From NCBI GenBank assembly GCA_965223865.1, contig OZ245020.1, forward strand, positions 1,792,001 to 1,856,000: 64,000 nucleotides of DNA, in the 5' to 3' direction. The notes beneath the pieces are model-generated. The model ran no database searches, had not been told where the DNA came from, and saw only the letters and a list, made by a program, of their open reading frames with translations. Shown here piece after piece: positions 38,740-48,849 of this stretch (positions within the stretch are counted from its first letter, which is position 1; each line of letters starts with the position of its first letter). The DNA comes from Nitrosarchaeum sp. GTDB lineage: Archaea > Thermoproteota > Nitrososphaeria > Nitrososphaerales > Nitrosopumilaceae. The position numbers were made by a program, and so were the translations under genes.

Positions 38740-40010
38740 TTCTTCACCGACTTTAGGGCACCATGATATGCATCAAGTGCTCTGTTAAGATCAGTTTTAG
38801 TATGAGCATCAGACAAAAAGACTACTTCAAATTGAGAGGGTGCAATGAATATTCCCTTCTTTAAAAGAACATTGAACATTTTTTGGAATTTTTTTGCATC
38901 AGCATTTTTTGAGGTTTGGTAATCTAATACAGGTTTTTTTGTAAAGAAAATCTGAAACATAGAAGATGCAGAATTAATTTGATGAGGGATTTTCATATCT
39001 GTTGCCATATCATCTAGTGCTTTGGTAAATCGAAGATTATATTTTTCAAGTTTAGAGTAGAGTTTGTTTTTAATTTTGTTTATTGTTCTGATTGAGCTAA
39101 TTGCAGCACTGACTGATATTGGATTTCCAGCAAAAGTACTTGCCTGATATACCTTTCCTTCAGGAGATAACAAGTCCATTATCTCTTTTTTACCACCAAC
39201 TGCGGCAATTGTAAATCCATTGCCTAATGCTTTTCCAAGAGTAGTGATGTCAGGTTTTATTCCAAAGTGTTTTTGTGCACCACCAGTCGACACCCTAAAT
39301 CCAGTTACTACTTCATCAAAAATTAACGGAATGTTGTTTTCTTTGGTTATTTTTCTAATGTCTGAGAGAAAATTATTCTCAGGTAGAATCAATCCCATGT
39401 TTGCAAGAATGGGTTCAACAATTACACCTGCAATATCTTTATTTTTAGAAATAGTCTTTTCAAGATCTTCAGCATTGTTGTACTGAACAACCAAAGTGTT
39501 TTTTGATACTTCATCTAGTCCTCCATCAGATACAGATATTCCAATGTGTGCAGAACCAGAACCTGCCTTTACAAGTACAGAGTCATGTGCACCATGATAA
39601 CACCCTTCAAATTTTATGATCTTTTTCTTTTTTGTAAAACCTCGAGCTAGACGAATTGCAGTCATTGTAGCCTCACCACCAGTATTAACAAGACGGACTT
39701 TGTCAATTGAAGGAAAATTACCAATTATTAGCTTTGATAGTTCAATTTCTGATTGCGTAGGAGTACAATAAAGCGATCCTCGGGTTAGCTGTTTTGTTAC
39801 TGCTTGTAAGATCTCTTTTCTTCTGTGTCCTAAGAGCAGTGCACCATAACCATTGCAAAAATCAATATACTTTTTTTTCTCTTCATCCCAAATGTATGAC
39901 CCATCAGATTTTTTTGTAAAGAATGGATATGGTTCAAAATATCTTACAGGACTGTTTACGCCTGATGGAATGATCTTCTTTGAATCTGAGAATAATTTTG
40001 AATTTTTCAA
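38736..40010 (-). CDS. hemL: Glutamate-1-semialdehyde 2,1-aminomutase
   Basis: GVNSPVR, GCYHG, FDEVVTGFR, LGKALG, APSQFE. Confidence 0.96.
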   Translation of the reverse strand: MKNSKLFSDSKKIIPSGVNSPVRYFEPYPFFTKKSDGSYIWDEEKKKYIDFCNGYGALLLGHRRKEILQAVTKQLTRGSLYCTPTQSEIELSKLIIGNFPSIDKVRLVNTGGEATMTAIRLARGFTKKKKIIKFEGCYHGAHDSVLVKAGSGSAHIGISVSDGGLDEVSKNTLVVQYNNAEDLEKTISKNKDIAGVIVEPILANMGLILPENNFLSDIRKITKENNIPLIFDEVVTGFRVSTGGAQKHFGIKPDITTLGKALGNGFTIAAVGGKKEIMDLLSPEGKVYQASTFAGNPISVSAAISSIRTINKIKNKLYSKLEKYNLRFTKALDDMATDMKIPHQINSASSMFQIFFTKKPVLDYQTSKNADAKKFQKMFNVLLKKGIFIAPSQFEVVFLSDAHTKTDLNRALDAYHGALKSVKN

Positions 40011-40154
40011 TATACTATTCTAAACTAGGTCATTATTATTCGTAAAAGAAAAATTTATTGAAAAATGCATAAAACTATGAATAGAGATATTCACCAGATT
40101 TTTCCTTTTTGCACCAACAATTTGGACTGCATTGGGATTTTTCATTATCAGACA

Positions 40155-40313
40155 TCATAAATTCTCCTTTGGATTCTCCCTATCATTGCGTTTTGGATGA
40201 ATGGCCTGATTAGATTCGTGCATTACCTGCTTTATGATCTCTGCTACTTCTTTTGACAATAAGAGTTTTGAAAATGAGGAATTGTCATGCTCAAGGAAGG
40301 CTGTAGCATTCAT
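40155..40313 (-). CDS. Putative small hypothetical protein (52 aa)
   Basis: ATG 40313; CTATATAG palindrome ~73 bp upstream, as for pstS. Confidence 0.35.
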   Translation of the reverse strand: MNATAFLEHDNSSFSKLLLSKEVAEIIKQVMHESNQAIHPKRNDRENPKENL

Positions 40314-40410
40314 TGAATATAGTATGAGGGAATCAGATAAATTAGAATTGTAATTATTTTCTGTAATCAACTAAAACTTTGTAATCTATATAGAAATCTT
40401 GATTTAGGAC

Positions 40411-40863
40411 TTAACTCGTAAATCCATCATCGGAATCATTTTTTGGAAAATCAATTTTTTTCTCAATTTTTTCAAATCTCAAAATAGCAAAAACCGCAAT
40501 TCCACTAATTATTGCAATATAATACTCTCCAATTCCTACCGCAAGACCTATTCCTGCAACTACCCATAGAGTAGCTGCACTTGTAATACCTTTAACCTGT
40601 CCTTTGTGGGCAATAATTGAACCAGCACCAAGAAATCCAATTCCTGCGACAATTCCCGCTGCAATCCTAGCAGGTTCGATATCAAAGGTTAAGGAAGTTA
40701 CAGCAAAGATAGCAGATCCTAATGAAACTAGCATGTGAGTTCGAAGACCTGCGGGTCTATGTTTTAGCTCCCGCTCAAAGCCAACTAGTGCACCCAATCC
40801 AATAGCAAGTAATATTCTGAACAAGATTTCTACGTCAAAATTTTCAAATCCTTCAAATGCCAC
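40411..40863 (-). CDS. MgtC/SapB family membrane protein
   Basis: GFERE...AGLRTH.LV, RIAA.IV.GIGFLGAG.I, G.TSAATLW. Confidence 0.93.
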   Translation of the reverse strand: MAFEGFENFDVEILFRILLAIGLGALVGFERELKHRPAGLRTHMLVSLGSAIFAVTSLTFDIEPARIAAGIVAGIGFLGAGSIIAHKGQVKGITSAATLWVVAGIGLAVGIGEYYIAIISGIAVFAILRFEKIEKKIDFPKNDSDDGFTS

Positions 40864-40997
40864 ATTAACAATTTAATCTAAATCAAGTAAATAATAACAA
40901 CTTAAATCTCAATTATGAAAGTAAAGAAAAATAGAAAATAGTTTAAACTCAGAAAAAAATTAAACAAATTTTTAAGTGAATACTTGTAAAAAAAATC

Positions 40998-41339
40998 GTG
41001 TCAACTGAATCACTAGCTCAGATAAAAAAACAAGAAAATGATAAAGTCAAAGCTGCTCAAATTAAGGTTAAGCAAGCAAAGACAGAGCTAAAAAAGATAC
41101 GAGATGAAGCAAAAAAATCAATTAAAGCAGCAAGAGATATTGCTCAAAAAAAGGCCAAAGAGGAAAGAAAGAGAGCAAAAATTGAGGCAAAGAAAAAACA
41201 GCTTGAGGCCAAAAAGAAAATCAAGGAAACAAAACAACAACTAAAACAAACAAAAAAATCCGCAAAAAAAGAAGCAAAATCAAAGGTAAATGCAGTAAAG
41301 AAAATATTAAAACAAGTTAGAAAAGAATCGAAATCCTAA
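40998..41339 (+). CDS. Highly Lys/Ala-rich coiled-coil protein
   Basis: 113 aa, roughly one third Lys. Confidence 0.7.
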   Translation: MSTESLAQIKKQENDKVKAAQIKVKQAKTELKKIRDEAKKSIKAARDIAQKKAKEERKRAKIEAKKKQLEAKKKIKETKQQLKQTKKSAKKEAKSKVNAVKKILKQVRKESKS

Positions 41340-41354
41340 TTCCTTTTTTTAAAT

Positions 41355-42119
41355 TTATTTTTTATTAGATAGATTAGATGCGAGTTTTTTGAAAATTTGG
41401 CTCCTGAGATCTTGTTCTTTTGTTATTAGAGGTTTTAATTCAGGAAATTTTTTAGAATTTTTCTTAAGAAAATCAACAGTAATATCACAATCATGAATTT
41501 TTCCTAGCAACTCCTGAAGGGATTTCATGCTAACAATTACATGTTGATAAGAATTTTTTGGATCTGTTTCCAGAACATAACGAAGTCTCTTTGCCAATTT
41601 TCTCAAATAATGTAATTTTGCAATTTTAGATTCATCAGAAATCACTATTGGAATTAGATTTTGAATTTCTTCAATTAATGAGAATATTTTTTTTTCATAT
41701 TTTGCCAAAATTCTTTTAGAATCGATTTCTTTGAGTTTTGTTTTATTTAGTTTTGATAATTTTTTAGTGTCTTTAAAAACATCTTTTATTTTTTTTTCTT
41801 TTCGCTTTGTCAAATAATGTATGACATCAGAATTTTCTAGTAACCCGTTTTTCAAAAGTCTATCATGTATTACATCAAAATCTCTAATAGAACTATTTTT
41901 TTTGAATAATTTTTTATAACTTGCAACAAAGTTGTCTGTCTTTTTTGTTTTGCATGATTTTGGGAAGATAAAATATGCAGCTTCTAATCTGCGGATTGAC
42001 GTACGAAGATCATGAATTTGTTTATTTCCCTGTTTTTGAATATATTCTTCTAATCTATTTTTTGATTTATCTTGTTTTTCTTGAAAAATATCTAGAAAAG
42101 GATCAGGTTCAGTAATCAT
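41355..42119 (-). CDS. CHAD-domain (polyphosphate-binding) protein
   Basis: IHDLRTSIRRL, RD.DV, LH.LRK..KRLRY, LQELLG.IHD. Confidence 0.92.
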   Translation of the reverse strand: MITEPDPFLDIFQEKQDKSKNRLEEYIQKQGNKQIHDLRTSIRRLEAAYFIFPKSCKTKKTDNFVASYKKLFKKNSSIRDFDVIHDRLLKNGLLENSDVIHYLTKRKEKKIKDVFKDTKKLSKLNKTKLKEIDSKRILAKYEKKIFSLIEEIQNLIPIVISDESKIAKLHYLRKLAKRLRYVLETDPKNSYQHVIVSMKSLQELLGKIHDCDITVDFLKKNSKKFPELKPLITKEQDLRSQIFKKLASNLSNKK

Positions 42120-42850
42120 GGTACTTTGGAAAGATACCTGTTAATTTGTTTTTCAATAGATGTAGTTACTTGCTCAACACTGCGGTTTCCATTAATTAGC
42201 GTCAAACCATATCTCTTTTTTAAAACCTCAAACTCCATAGCAAGTTTTTTCTGATATAAGATAAAGGATTCAAACATATCATCTGAAATGCCCATATCAG
42301 AGCCTGATTCATAATAGTCAAGACTCTGTCTTTTTTCAAATACTCTGTGAACTAACACAAAAGGATCAACATCAATGTAAAAGGTCAAGTCTGGAACCAT
42401 TGCAAAACTATACAGGTCACTTGACCATTTACGTTTGATTCCTCGCACAGTATTTCTTGCCATTAATGTATAGATATAACGATCCGCTAAAACCACATAA
42501 CCTGCCTGTAAGGCAGGAATTATTTTATGTTCTAATTGGTCGGCAAAATCTGCTGCATAAAACAGTGCAAGAGTCCGCTTTCCTAATGAGATATTTTGTT
42601 TTGCGTCTAATATCCCCTCGCCAATAATATCAGAACGTTTCAGACCGGTATTTAGAACCGCATATCCGTCAGCTTCAAGTTTTGCAGTAAGCAATTCAAT
42701 TTGAGTACTTCGACCTGAGGCATCAGGACCTTCAATAACAATTAGTCTTCCAGAGATTTCCAAATCATCAAGATATGGAATACCTCCAAATTTTTTGCTA
42801 CCATACCATTTTGGTTTTCTTTTCTTTCCTGATTGCGCCAAATCTTGCAT
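42116..42850 (-). CDS. Thymidylate-kinase-like protein (PPK3-type subunit, degenerate P-loop)
   Basis: EGPDASGRSTQ, LADRY; coupled to its paralog and to CHAD. Confidence 0.85.
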   Translation of the reverse strand: MQDLAQSGKKRKPKWYGSKKFGGIPYLDDLEISGRLIVIEGPDASGRSTQIELLTAKLEADGYAVLNTGLKRSDIIGEGILDAKQNISLGKRTLALFYAADFADQLEHKIIPALQAGYVVLADRYIYTLMARNTVRGIKRKWSSDLYSFAMVPDLTFYIDVDPFVLVHRVFEKRQSLDYYESGSDMGISDDMFESFILYQKKLAMEFEVLKKRYGLTLINGNRSVEQVTTSIEKQINRYLSKVP

Positions 42851-43557
42851 TATGGAACCTCCATCACAGTTTTCTTTTTCAATTTTTTTGGAAATAGTTT
42901 TTTTACTCTTTCTCTCATAATTTTTTGTTGTTCTTTAATTCCAGCTGTAGCATCAATTACAAAAAAATTTTCACGTTTGCTCATTGCTTCATATTGATCT
43001 ATTATTTTACTTTGAAAAATCCTAAAACTCTCATAGATGTCCTTTGAAAAATTAAGATCCATTCCAGCTTCATAATATTTCAATTTTGGACGACCAGAAA
43101 GAATTCTATCCATCGATATGTCAAGTGGGACTCTAAAATAAAATGCAATATCGGGTTTTATTGCAAAGTCATATACTTTTCTTACCCATGCAGGATTACA
43201 CCTGCGAGTGACATCACGCGAATAAGCTGTATACACGTATCGATCTGCCAATACAAAATAACCTGCTCTCAACAATGGCAAAATATTTCTCTCAAATCTG
43301 TCTGCAAAATCGGTGGCGTGAAGAAGACTAAATGTTGTAGGTGTAAGGTTGGCTTTCTTTTTTCCCTTAGATGTAATAGATTTTACCATTTCAGATGAGT
43401 TCCAATCGGTTCTAAAAACTTCAAACTGGTTATAGCGGAGCCATTTTTCTAGTAAACTAAGTTGTGTTGACTTTCCAGAACCATCAATCCCTTCTACAAC
43501 TATTAATTTTCCAGGGATACCACGATTTTTTAGGAGTTTTTTAGGAGAAATAGACAA
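42850..43557 (-). CDS. Thymidylate-kinase-like protein (PPK3-type subunit)
   Basis: EGIDGSGKSTQ, DFADR, LADRY, YEAGMD. Confidence 0.85.
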   Translation of the reverse strand: MSISPKKLLKNRGIPGKLIVVEGIDGSGKSTQLSLLEKWLRYNQFEVFRTDWNSSEMVKSITSKGKKKANLTPTTFSLLHATDFADRFERNILPLLRAGYFVLADRYVYTAYSRDVTRRCNPAWVRKVYDFAIKPDIAFYFRVPLDISMDRILSGRPKLKYYEAGMDLNFSKDIYESFRIFQSKIIDQYEAMSKRENFFVIDATAGIKEQQKIMRERVKKLFPKKLKKKTVMEVP

Positions 43558-43621
43558 GTATGGAATTAATTAGTTAAAACTATCTATAAATTTTCTATAG
43601 ATTTTATGTAATTTTTATTTT

Positions 43622-45220
43622 TTATACGAATCCTATGTGATCCGATGTGGGTAACGAAGTTTGATAATATATACTGGAATTAATCGAAAGTCCAAGAGTA
43701 TTTTCCAATCTTTCACATGCTTGATGCAATAAAACCTCAGGAAAAATGTTTGATTTAGGATAGATGGATAGAGAAATTAGTTTTGGAGAATCAGAAGTTG
43801 CTTTAATCTTTACATCAGTTTTATGGAAAATATCACATAAGGAAACTATTGAAGATATTTTTTTGATTAGTTTTTTGTCATTGATTTCTAAAATGTTTTC
43901 AAATTTTAAGATTAGAGAGTCTACTTTCTTTTTCTTTTTTGAGTAAATTAAAGCTAAAGCCACAATCAATTGTTCTCTATGATTTAATGAGCTGTCATCG
44001 TCCAATATAGAATACAAAACATTGTCAACATCTCTAAATGACCACAGTTTATCTATTTGTGATATAGTATAGGATAATAATACACGTTCTTGCTCATCCA
44101 ACAAATTCATCATATATAGTAACCTAACAAAATCTTCAACATATTCAGATAATGATTCCATTTGGGAAGATAGGTAAATTATCTCTTTGACCTTTTCATA
44201 ATCAATATTCTGATTTGCAAATTCATTTGGATATTGTAATGATAATGCCAAGGTTCCTTCACGTAGACCATGAGCACTTACTGTTAATTCGTTAAATCTT
44301 AAATTTTTCATTAATTGTGTTATTACAAGAGTTCCTGCACGTACAGTGTCAGCACGACCACTTCCAATTGATTGTATCTTGGAGATTTTTTCTACTGGTA
44401 ATGAGCGAATTCTTTTGAATATGGTCTCAAGTGAGGTATATGATAGCTTATAGTTATGCAGTTTTGATAGTGGATAAGTTCTTAATTGTTGATCATACTT
44501 TGCAAGGGCTCGTAGAACACCACCAACACCCACCAAAACTAGATCATCAGAGTCAGAAATTCCCAAGTTTTCTCGGGTAGGAAGGATTTTGTTGATATGT
44601 TTTTCCATTTTATAAAAATCAGAGATCTCAGATTTTGGATCTTCTGAAAACATTTGTGTCAATCTAAGGGAACCAAGTGGAAGGGATATGACTTTTTTTA
44701 TTTCAAAGTCTTTGGATAATACAATCTCAAGACTTCCTCCTCCAATATCAAAAAATAAAACATTAGGAATTCTAAGAGAACGAATAGCACCAGTATATGA
44801 GTAAATAGCCTCATCATGGTCAGACAAAATTTTAAAATCAAAATTTGTCTCTTTACGAATTCTATCTAATATATCAAATCGATTTTCTGCATCTCTGATG
44901 GCACTGGTGGCAACCGAAATAACATAGTTTACTTTTTCAAAGTCGACAATATTTCTAAACAGCTTCAAAGTTTCAACAGTGTTATCTATGTAATTTTCTT
45001 GAATTACACCATTTTCCAATCCTTCTGAAAGTTTTAAACGCGTTGATTCTTGATGATATGGTTTGTAATCATTGTATGAGTTTATTATGTAATTTACAAG
45101 TTTTACAGAATTTGATCCAAGGTCCAACACAGAAGCTTTTCCTAATTTCTCAACATCTGAAGCTCTTCTCATCTGATCTTTTTTTTCTACTGTATGCTTC
45201 AATTTATCCACCTGTAACAA
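43622..45220 (-). CDS. ppx: Exopolyphosphatase (Ppx/GppA family)
   Basis: DLGSNS, ATSAIRDA.N, DIGGGSLE, GLREG. Confidence 0.93.
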   Translation of the reverse strand: MLQVDKLKHTVEKKDQMRRASDVEKLGKASVLDLGSNSVKLVNYIINSYNDYKPYHQESTRLKLSEGLENGVIQENYIDNTVETLKLFRNIVDFEKVNYVISVATSAIRDAENRFDILDRIRKETNFDFKILSDHDEAIYSYTGAIRSLRIPNVLFFDIGGGSLEIVLSKDFEIKKVISLPLGSLRLTQMFSEDPKSEISDFYKMEKHINKILPTRENLGISDSDDLVLVGVGGVLRALAKYDQQLRTYPLSKLHNYKLSYTSLETIFKRIRSLPVEKISKIQSIGSGRADTVRAGTLVITQLMKNLRFNELTVSAHGLREGTLALSLQYPNEFANQNIDYEKVKEIIYLSSQMESLSEYVEDFVRLLYMMNLLDEQERVLLSYTISQIDKLWSFRDVDNVLYSILDDDSSLNHREQLIVALALIYSKKKKKVDSLILKFENILEINDKKLIKKISSIVSLCDIFHKTDVKIKATSDSPKLISLSIYPKSNIFPEVLLHQACERLENTLGLSINSSIYYQTSLPTSDHIGFV

Positions 45221-45231
45221 AACAATTTTGT

Positions 45232-45732
45232 CTACTTACATAATTTCAATTGTTTTGGAGTTAAAAGACTTCGTAGTGATCCATCAATTTTAGATTTAGA
45301 GGCATTTCCTCGAATATGAGCAAATCCTCCTTTCTTCAAGAATATGTTTGCATCTAAATTATTGGATATTATCGACGTAATCAAATTACTAAGATGTGGT
45401 TCATGACCAACTAAAAGAATTTTGGCAGTCACACTAAAATTTGTAATTTTTTTTTGTGTTTCTAATACAGAAGATTCAGGTTTTAGTTCATCCCAAATTA
45501 TAATTTTCTTTTTATTGTCGAAAAGATATTTTGCAACAATTTCTGCTGTTTCAATTGCCCTAACAAGAGGACTAGAAATTACAAAGTCAAATGAAATATC
45601 AAAATTTTTTATTCCTCTAACAATTTCTTCAAGTTCTTTTTTGCCAGTAACTGTCAGTTTTCTTTTAGCATCACTTTTTATATTAGATGAACGTTCTTCA
45701 GCTTTTCCATGTCTTAGAATATAGATATCCAT
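45232..45732 (-). CDS. sixA: Phosphohistidine phosphatase SixA
   Basis: LRHGKA, SSPLVRA.ETA, LVGHEP. Confidence 0.9.
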   Translation of the reverse strand: MDIYILRHGKAEERSSNIKSDAKRKLTVTGKKELEEIVRGIKNFDISFDFVISSPLVRAIETAEIVAKYLFDNKKKIIIWDELKPESSVLETQKKITNFSVTAKILLVGHEPHLSNLITSIISNNLDANIFLKKGGFAHIRGNASKSKIDGSLRSLLTPKQLKLCK

Positions 45733-45790
45733 TATTCTAAATTTAAAATTAATTTGTAATTAAAATAGGTTCATCTATTTTTTCATATTT

Positions 45791-45798
45791 CTATATAG
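45791..45798. promoter_or_regulatory. CTATATAG palindrome upstream of sixA-ppx (candidate phosphate box)
   Basis: Same 8-mer at 40386, 52305, 55122, 56657. Confidence 0.45.
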
Positions 45799-45918
45799 AC
45801 TAGAATTCAACTTCAATAATTTTCTTAAACTGAAGAAATGTTGTATTTGATTGTAAATTCCACCACAAAAACCTAATATCAACAGTGTATGAGAATAGTT
45901 AAAAAATTTTGATGGTTT

Positions 45919-46596
45919 TTATGATATGTTATTTCTTTGAATTGCAAATTTCTTTTTAAACAAAAATGCAACAATAATTGTACCAACATACGGTGCACTC
46001 CAATAGAGCCATAGATTTTCTATTGCTCCAGATAATAAGGCAGGTGCAAGTGCTCTTGCAGGATTCATCGAAGCACCAGAGACAAAAGCTAAAAAGAAAA
46101 TATCCAAGCCTACAATTCCACCTATTGCAATTCCACTAAAACCTTTCAAACCCTTTGTGTATACCACAATAAATATTACTGCCATGAGTAATGCAGATGC
46201 TAAAACTTCTATTGAAAATATCAAAAATAATGAGTAATCATAGTTTGGTGCATTTGCTCCAAGGTCAGCTTCTTTTCCAATAAAGCTCATAACAAACAAA
46301 GAACCAAGAATTGCGCCAATAATTTCAGCTGTAAAATACCAAAGGATTTGAATTTTTGAAATATGCCCTGTAATGTAATAACCGATTGTGACTGCAGGAT
46401 TGAAATGTGCAAGTGAAATTTTTCCAAAAGAATAAACACCAATTATCAATGCAATAAATGGAGTTACTGCTGCAAACCATATTCCATATGGTCCACCGAG
46501 TTGAGCATCATACACAATCGAACCTGTTGCAAATATTACAAGAATAAACGTTCCAATGAGCTCTACGGTAAAGATTTGGAGATTTGAATAAGTCAT
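45919..46596 (-). CDS. MIP/aquaporin channel (probable arsenite efflux)
   Basis: HFNPAVT and SMNPAR motifs; coupled to arsC. Confidence 0.92.
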   Translation of the reverse strand: MTYSNLQIFTVELIGTFILVIFATGSIVYDAQLGGPYGIWFAAVTPFIALIIGVYSFGKISLAHFNPAVTIGYYITGHISKIQILWYFTAEIIGAILGSLFVMSFIGKEADLGANAPNYDYSLFLIFSIEVLASALLMAVIFIVVYTKGLKGFSGIAIGGIVGLDIFFLAFVSGASMNPARALAPALLSGAIENLWLYWSAPYVGTIIVAFLFKKKFAIQRNNIS

Positions 46597-47000
46597 TATT
46601 TTTTCTCTAAACTTTTGATAAGATCTAAAACTCGATTTTTTATTATATCACGAATCTCTCGTACCTGTACAATATCCTTATTTTTAGGATCTGAAATATT
46701 CCAATCAATCAAATCTTTTACAAATAGTGCAGGGCAAGATTCTCTATTCATACATCCCATGTTAACTGAGATTGATTGTTCAATCATTTCCTTTGTCAGT
46801 TCTTTTGGCTTTTGTTTTGTAATGTCAATTCCAATCTCTTTCATCGCTTGGACTACAATTGGATTTAGATGTGAGCTGGGTTGGGTCCCAGCGCTGATAG
46901 CATCAAATTGAGGTGCATATTTGCGAAAAAATCCTTCAGCCATCTGACTACGACCTGCATTTTCTACGCACACAAAAAGGATTTTTTTTGGTTCAGCCAC
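46596..47000 (-). CDS. arsC: Arsenate reductase, LMW-PTP type
   Basis: FVCVENAGRSQMAE, SAGT, MGC..CP, W.I.DP. Confidence 0.9.
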   Translation of the reverse strand: MAEPKKILFVCVENAGRSQMAEGFFRKYAPQFDAISAGTQPSSHLNPIVVQAMKEIGIDITKQKPKELTKEMIEQSISVNMGCMNRESCPALFVKDLIDWNISDPKNKDIVQVREIRDIIKNRVLDLIKSLEKK

Positions 47001-47040
47001 ACTATCACATAAATATTAGTTTATATAAATTTAAATTGAT

Positions 47041-47340
47041 ATGAATGGAGTTAGTCTGTTAAAGTGTATATGTGATGACACAAGATTCGAGATTCTAGAT
47101 ATGCTTCAAAAAAACAAAGAGTTGTGTGTAAATGATTTTGTAGATAAAATAAAGAAAGATCAGCCATTAATATCGCATCATCTAAAGATTTTGAAAAAGT
47201 GTGGAATAGTTAAATCAAGAGATGAAGGAAAAAAATCAATGTACAGGATCTCAAATCAACAGCTTTCTGAACTAATTTCAGATATTACAAAAACAAGCAA
47301 AAAAATTCCTGTCTTGTGTAATGAGGAAACTTGTTGTTAG
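47041..47340 (+). CDS. arsR: ArsR/SmtB family transcriptional regulator
   Basis: ELCV, ISHHLKILK..G.V, C-terminal CC; divergent from arsC. Confidence 0.9.
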   Translation: MNGVSLLKCICDDTRFEILDMLQKNKELCVNDFVDKIKKDQPLISHHLKILKKCGIVKSRDEGKKSMYRISNQQLSELISDITKTSKKIPVLCNEETCC

Positions 47341-47642
47341 ACAAATTTTTCAGATCTAAGGACACCAACATCACTTACATACAAAACTATTGCAAAGTTT
47401 GTAAACAAGGTTCTTGCAATTTCTTCTACAACATCTTGTAGTTTTTCTTCTTGCATTAAAACTTCAACTTTAACATTCTTTTCATTTTCTAGTCCCTGGC
47501 CACGTAAACCTCGTGCACCATTTCCTTCAACTTCATAAGTAGTATAGCCTGTAATCTTATGTTTGGTCAAAATATCAAGTACATTTTTCTGAGCCAAAAT
47601 CTCACATGTTACAGTCAAGAGTTTTATGTTATAGAATTTCAT
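47337..47642 (-). CDS. sbtB: PII-like protein SbtB
   Basis: TGYT..V.G.G.RG, NVKVEV, V.VLR.EKF; coupled to sbtA. Confidence 0.85.
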   Translation of the reverse strand: MKFYNIKLLTVTCEILAQKNVLDILTKHKITGYTTYEVEGNGARGLRGQGLENEKNVKVEVLMQEEKLQDVVEEIARTLFTNFAIVLYVSDVGVLRSEKFV

Positions 47643-48724
47643 ATCAAGCTCTTTGTAATGTAATTGAATAAGTCTATCGTTCCTTCATTGTGCACTATGG
47701 AGGAGACCATAAACATAATTGGCAATAATACAATAATGTTGTAGGGAAATGTAATTCCCAAAGCTGATGTAATGTAGAGACTTGGTTTTGCCTGAGGAAT
47801 TGCATGACGTAGAACAGCTGGTGCTGCAATAAATGATGCACTTGCTAGCAACAATCCAAACATTACGGCACCACCAAGACTTAATCCAAGCGCCGTTGCT
47901 ACCAAAACACCTACAATTCCATTAAATGTGGGCATAATAATTGCGAATGCAGTCAGAAACACTCCAACCTTTTTGATATCATCTAGTCTTTGTCCTGCAA
48001 TAATTCCCATTTCTATTAAGAAGATCACTATAGCACCTGTGAACAATTCATCAAAAACTATGCTAATTGAGCTAAAGCCTTCTTTGCCTATTACATAGCC
48101 TATAATGATGCTCCCAAGAAGTATGACTATGGCTTTACCCGTAATGGACTCATGTAATACTTGTTTTAGGTTTGTTTTAGTTTCAGTAATACCCATCTCA
48201 AATTCAGATTCAGTCTCAATTTTTCCTAGAGATTCTTTTTTGGTTTTGATTTGTTTTGATACTGCGATGTTTGTCAGAAAAATTGCCAAGATAAATGCTA
48301 CTGGTTCTAGTACTGCAAGTATTGCAGCAAGATATCCTTCTGAGGTTACTCCTTGATTTTTGAGAAATGATAATCCAACTGAAAATGTTACAGCACCAAC
48401 TGCTCCATAAGTGGAAGCAAGGGCATACGAATCAAACAGATTGAATTTTCCAAGACGTCTTAAAATTTGATAATGATTTAAAGTAAATAACAAAGATAAC
48501 CCAATAGCAACAAGCATAGGGACTAACATTACCTCAAAGCCGGTATTTCTCATCTCTATTCCACCATGCAATCCAATTGCTGCAAGTAAGTATATTGGAA
48601 GAAATTCAGAAATTGCATCTGGAATTTTTAGGTCGGATTTTATTCTAGCAGCAATGATTCCAAATAGAAAAAACAACACGATTGGTGTTAAAAGATTTGA
48701 TTGAATTAATTCTAAAATATCCAT
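47639..48724 (-). CDS. sbtA: Sodium-dependent bicarbonate transporter SbtA
   Basis: KSDL.IP, YLL.AIG..GG, YGAV.AVTF, ASASFIAAPA, LGITFP.N. Confidence 0.9.
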   Translation of the reverse strand: MDILELIQSNLLTPIVLFFLFGIIAARIKSDLKIPDAISEFLPIYLLAAIGLHGGIEMRNTGFEVMLVPMLVAIGLSLLFTLNHYQILRRLGKFNLFDSYALASTYGAVGAVTFSVGLSFLKNQGVTSEGYLAAILAVLEPVAFILAIFLTNIAVSKQIKTKKESLGKIETESEFEMGITETKTNLKQVLHESITGKAIVILLGSIIIGYVIGKEGFSSISIVFDELFTGAIVIFLIEMGIIAGQRLDDIKKVGVFLTAFAIIMPTFNGIVGVLVATALGLSLGGAVMFGLLLASASFIAAPAVLRHAIPQAKPSLYITSALGITFPYNIIVLLPIMFMVSSIVHNEGTIDLFNYITKSLI

Positions 48725-48849
48725 TTTATAACAACACTAATCAAAATTTTGTAAAACTTATCAAACCATCATTTATTTGATGACAAATGAATTTATTTGA
48801 TTTTATCATAACGAATTTTCAGATTTTGTTTCGGTTATAAATACAAAGA

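Noticed and set aside
42116-43557. Ordinary thymidylate kinases (tmk)
   Set aside because: Tandem paralogs, a degenerate P-loop and CHAD/ppx/sixA context favour a polyP role
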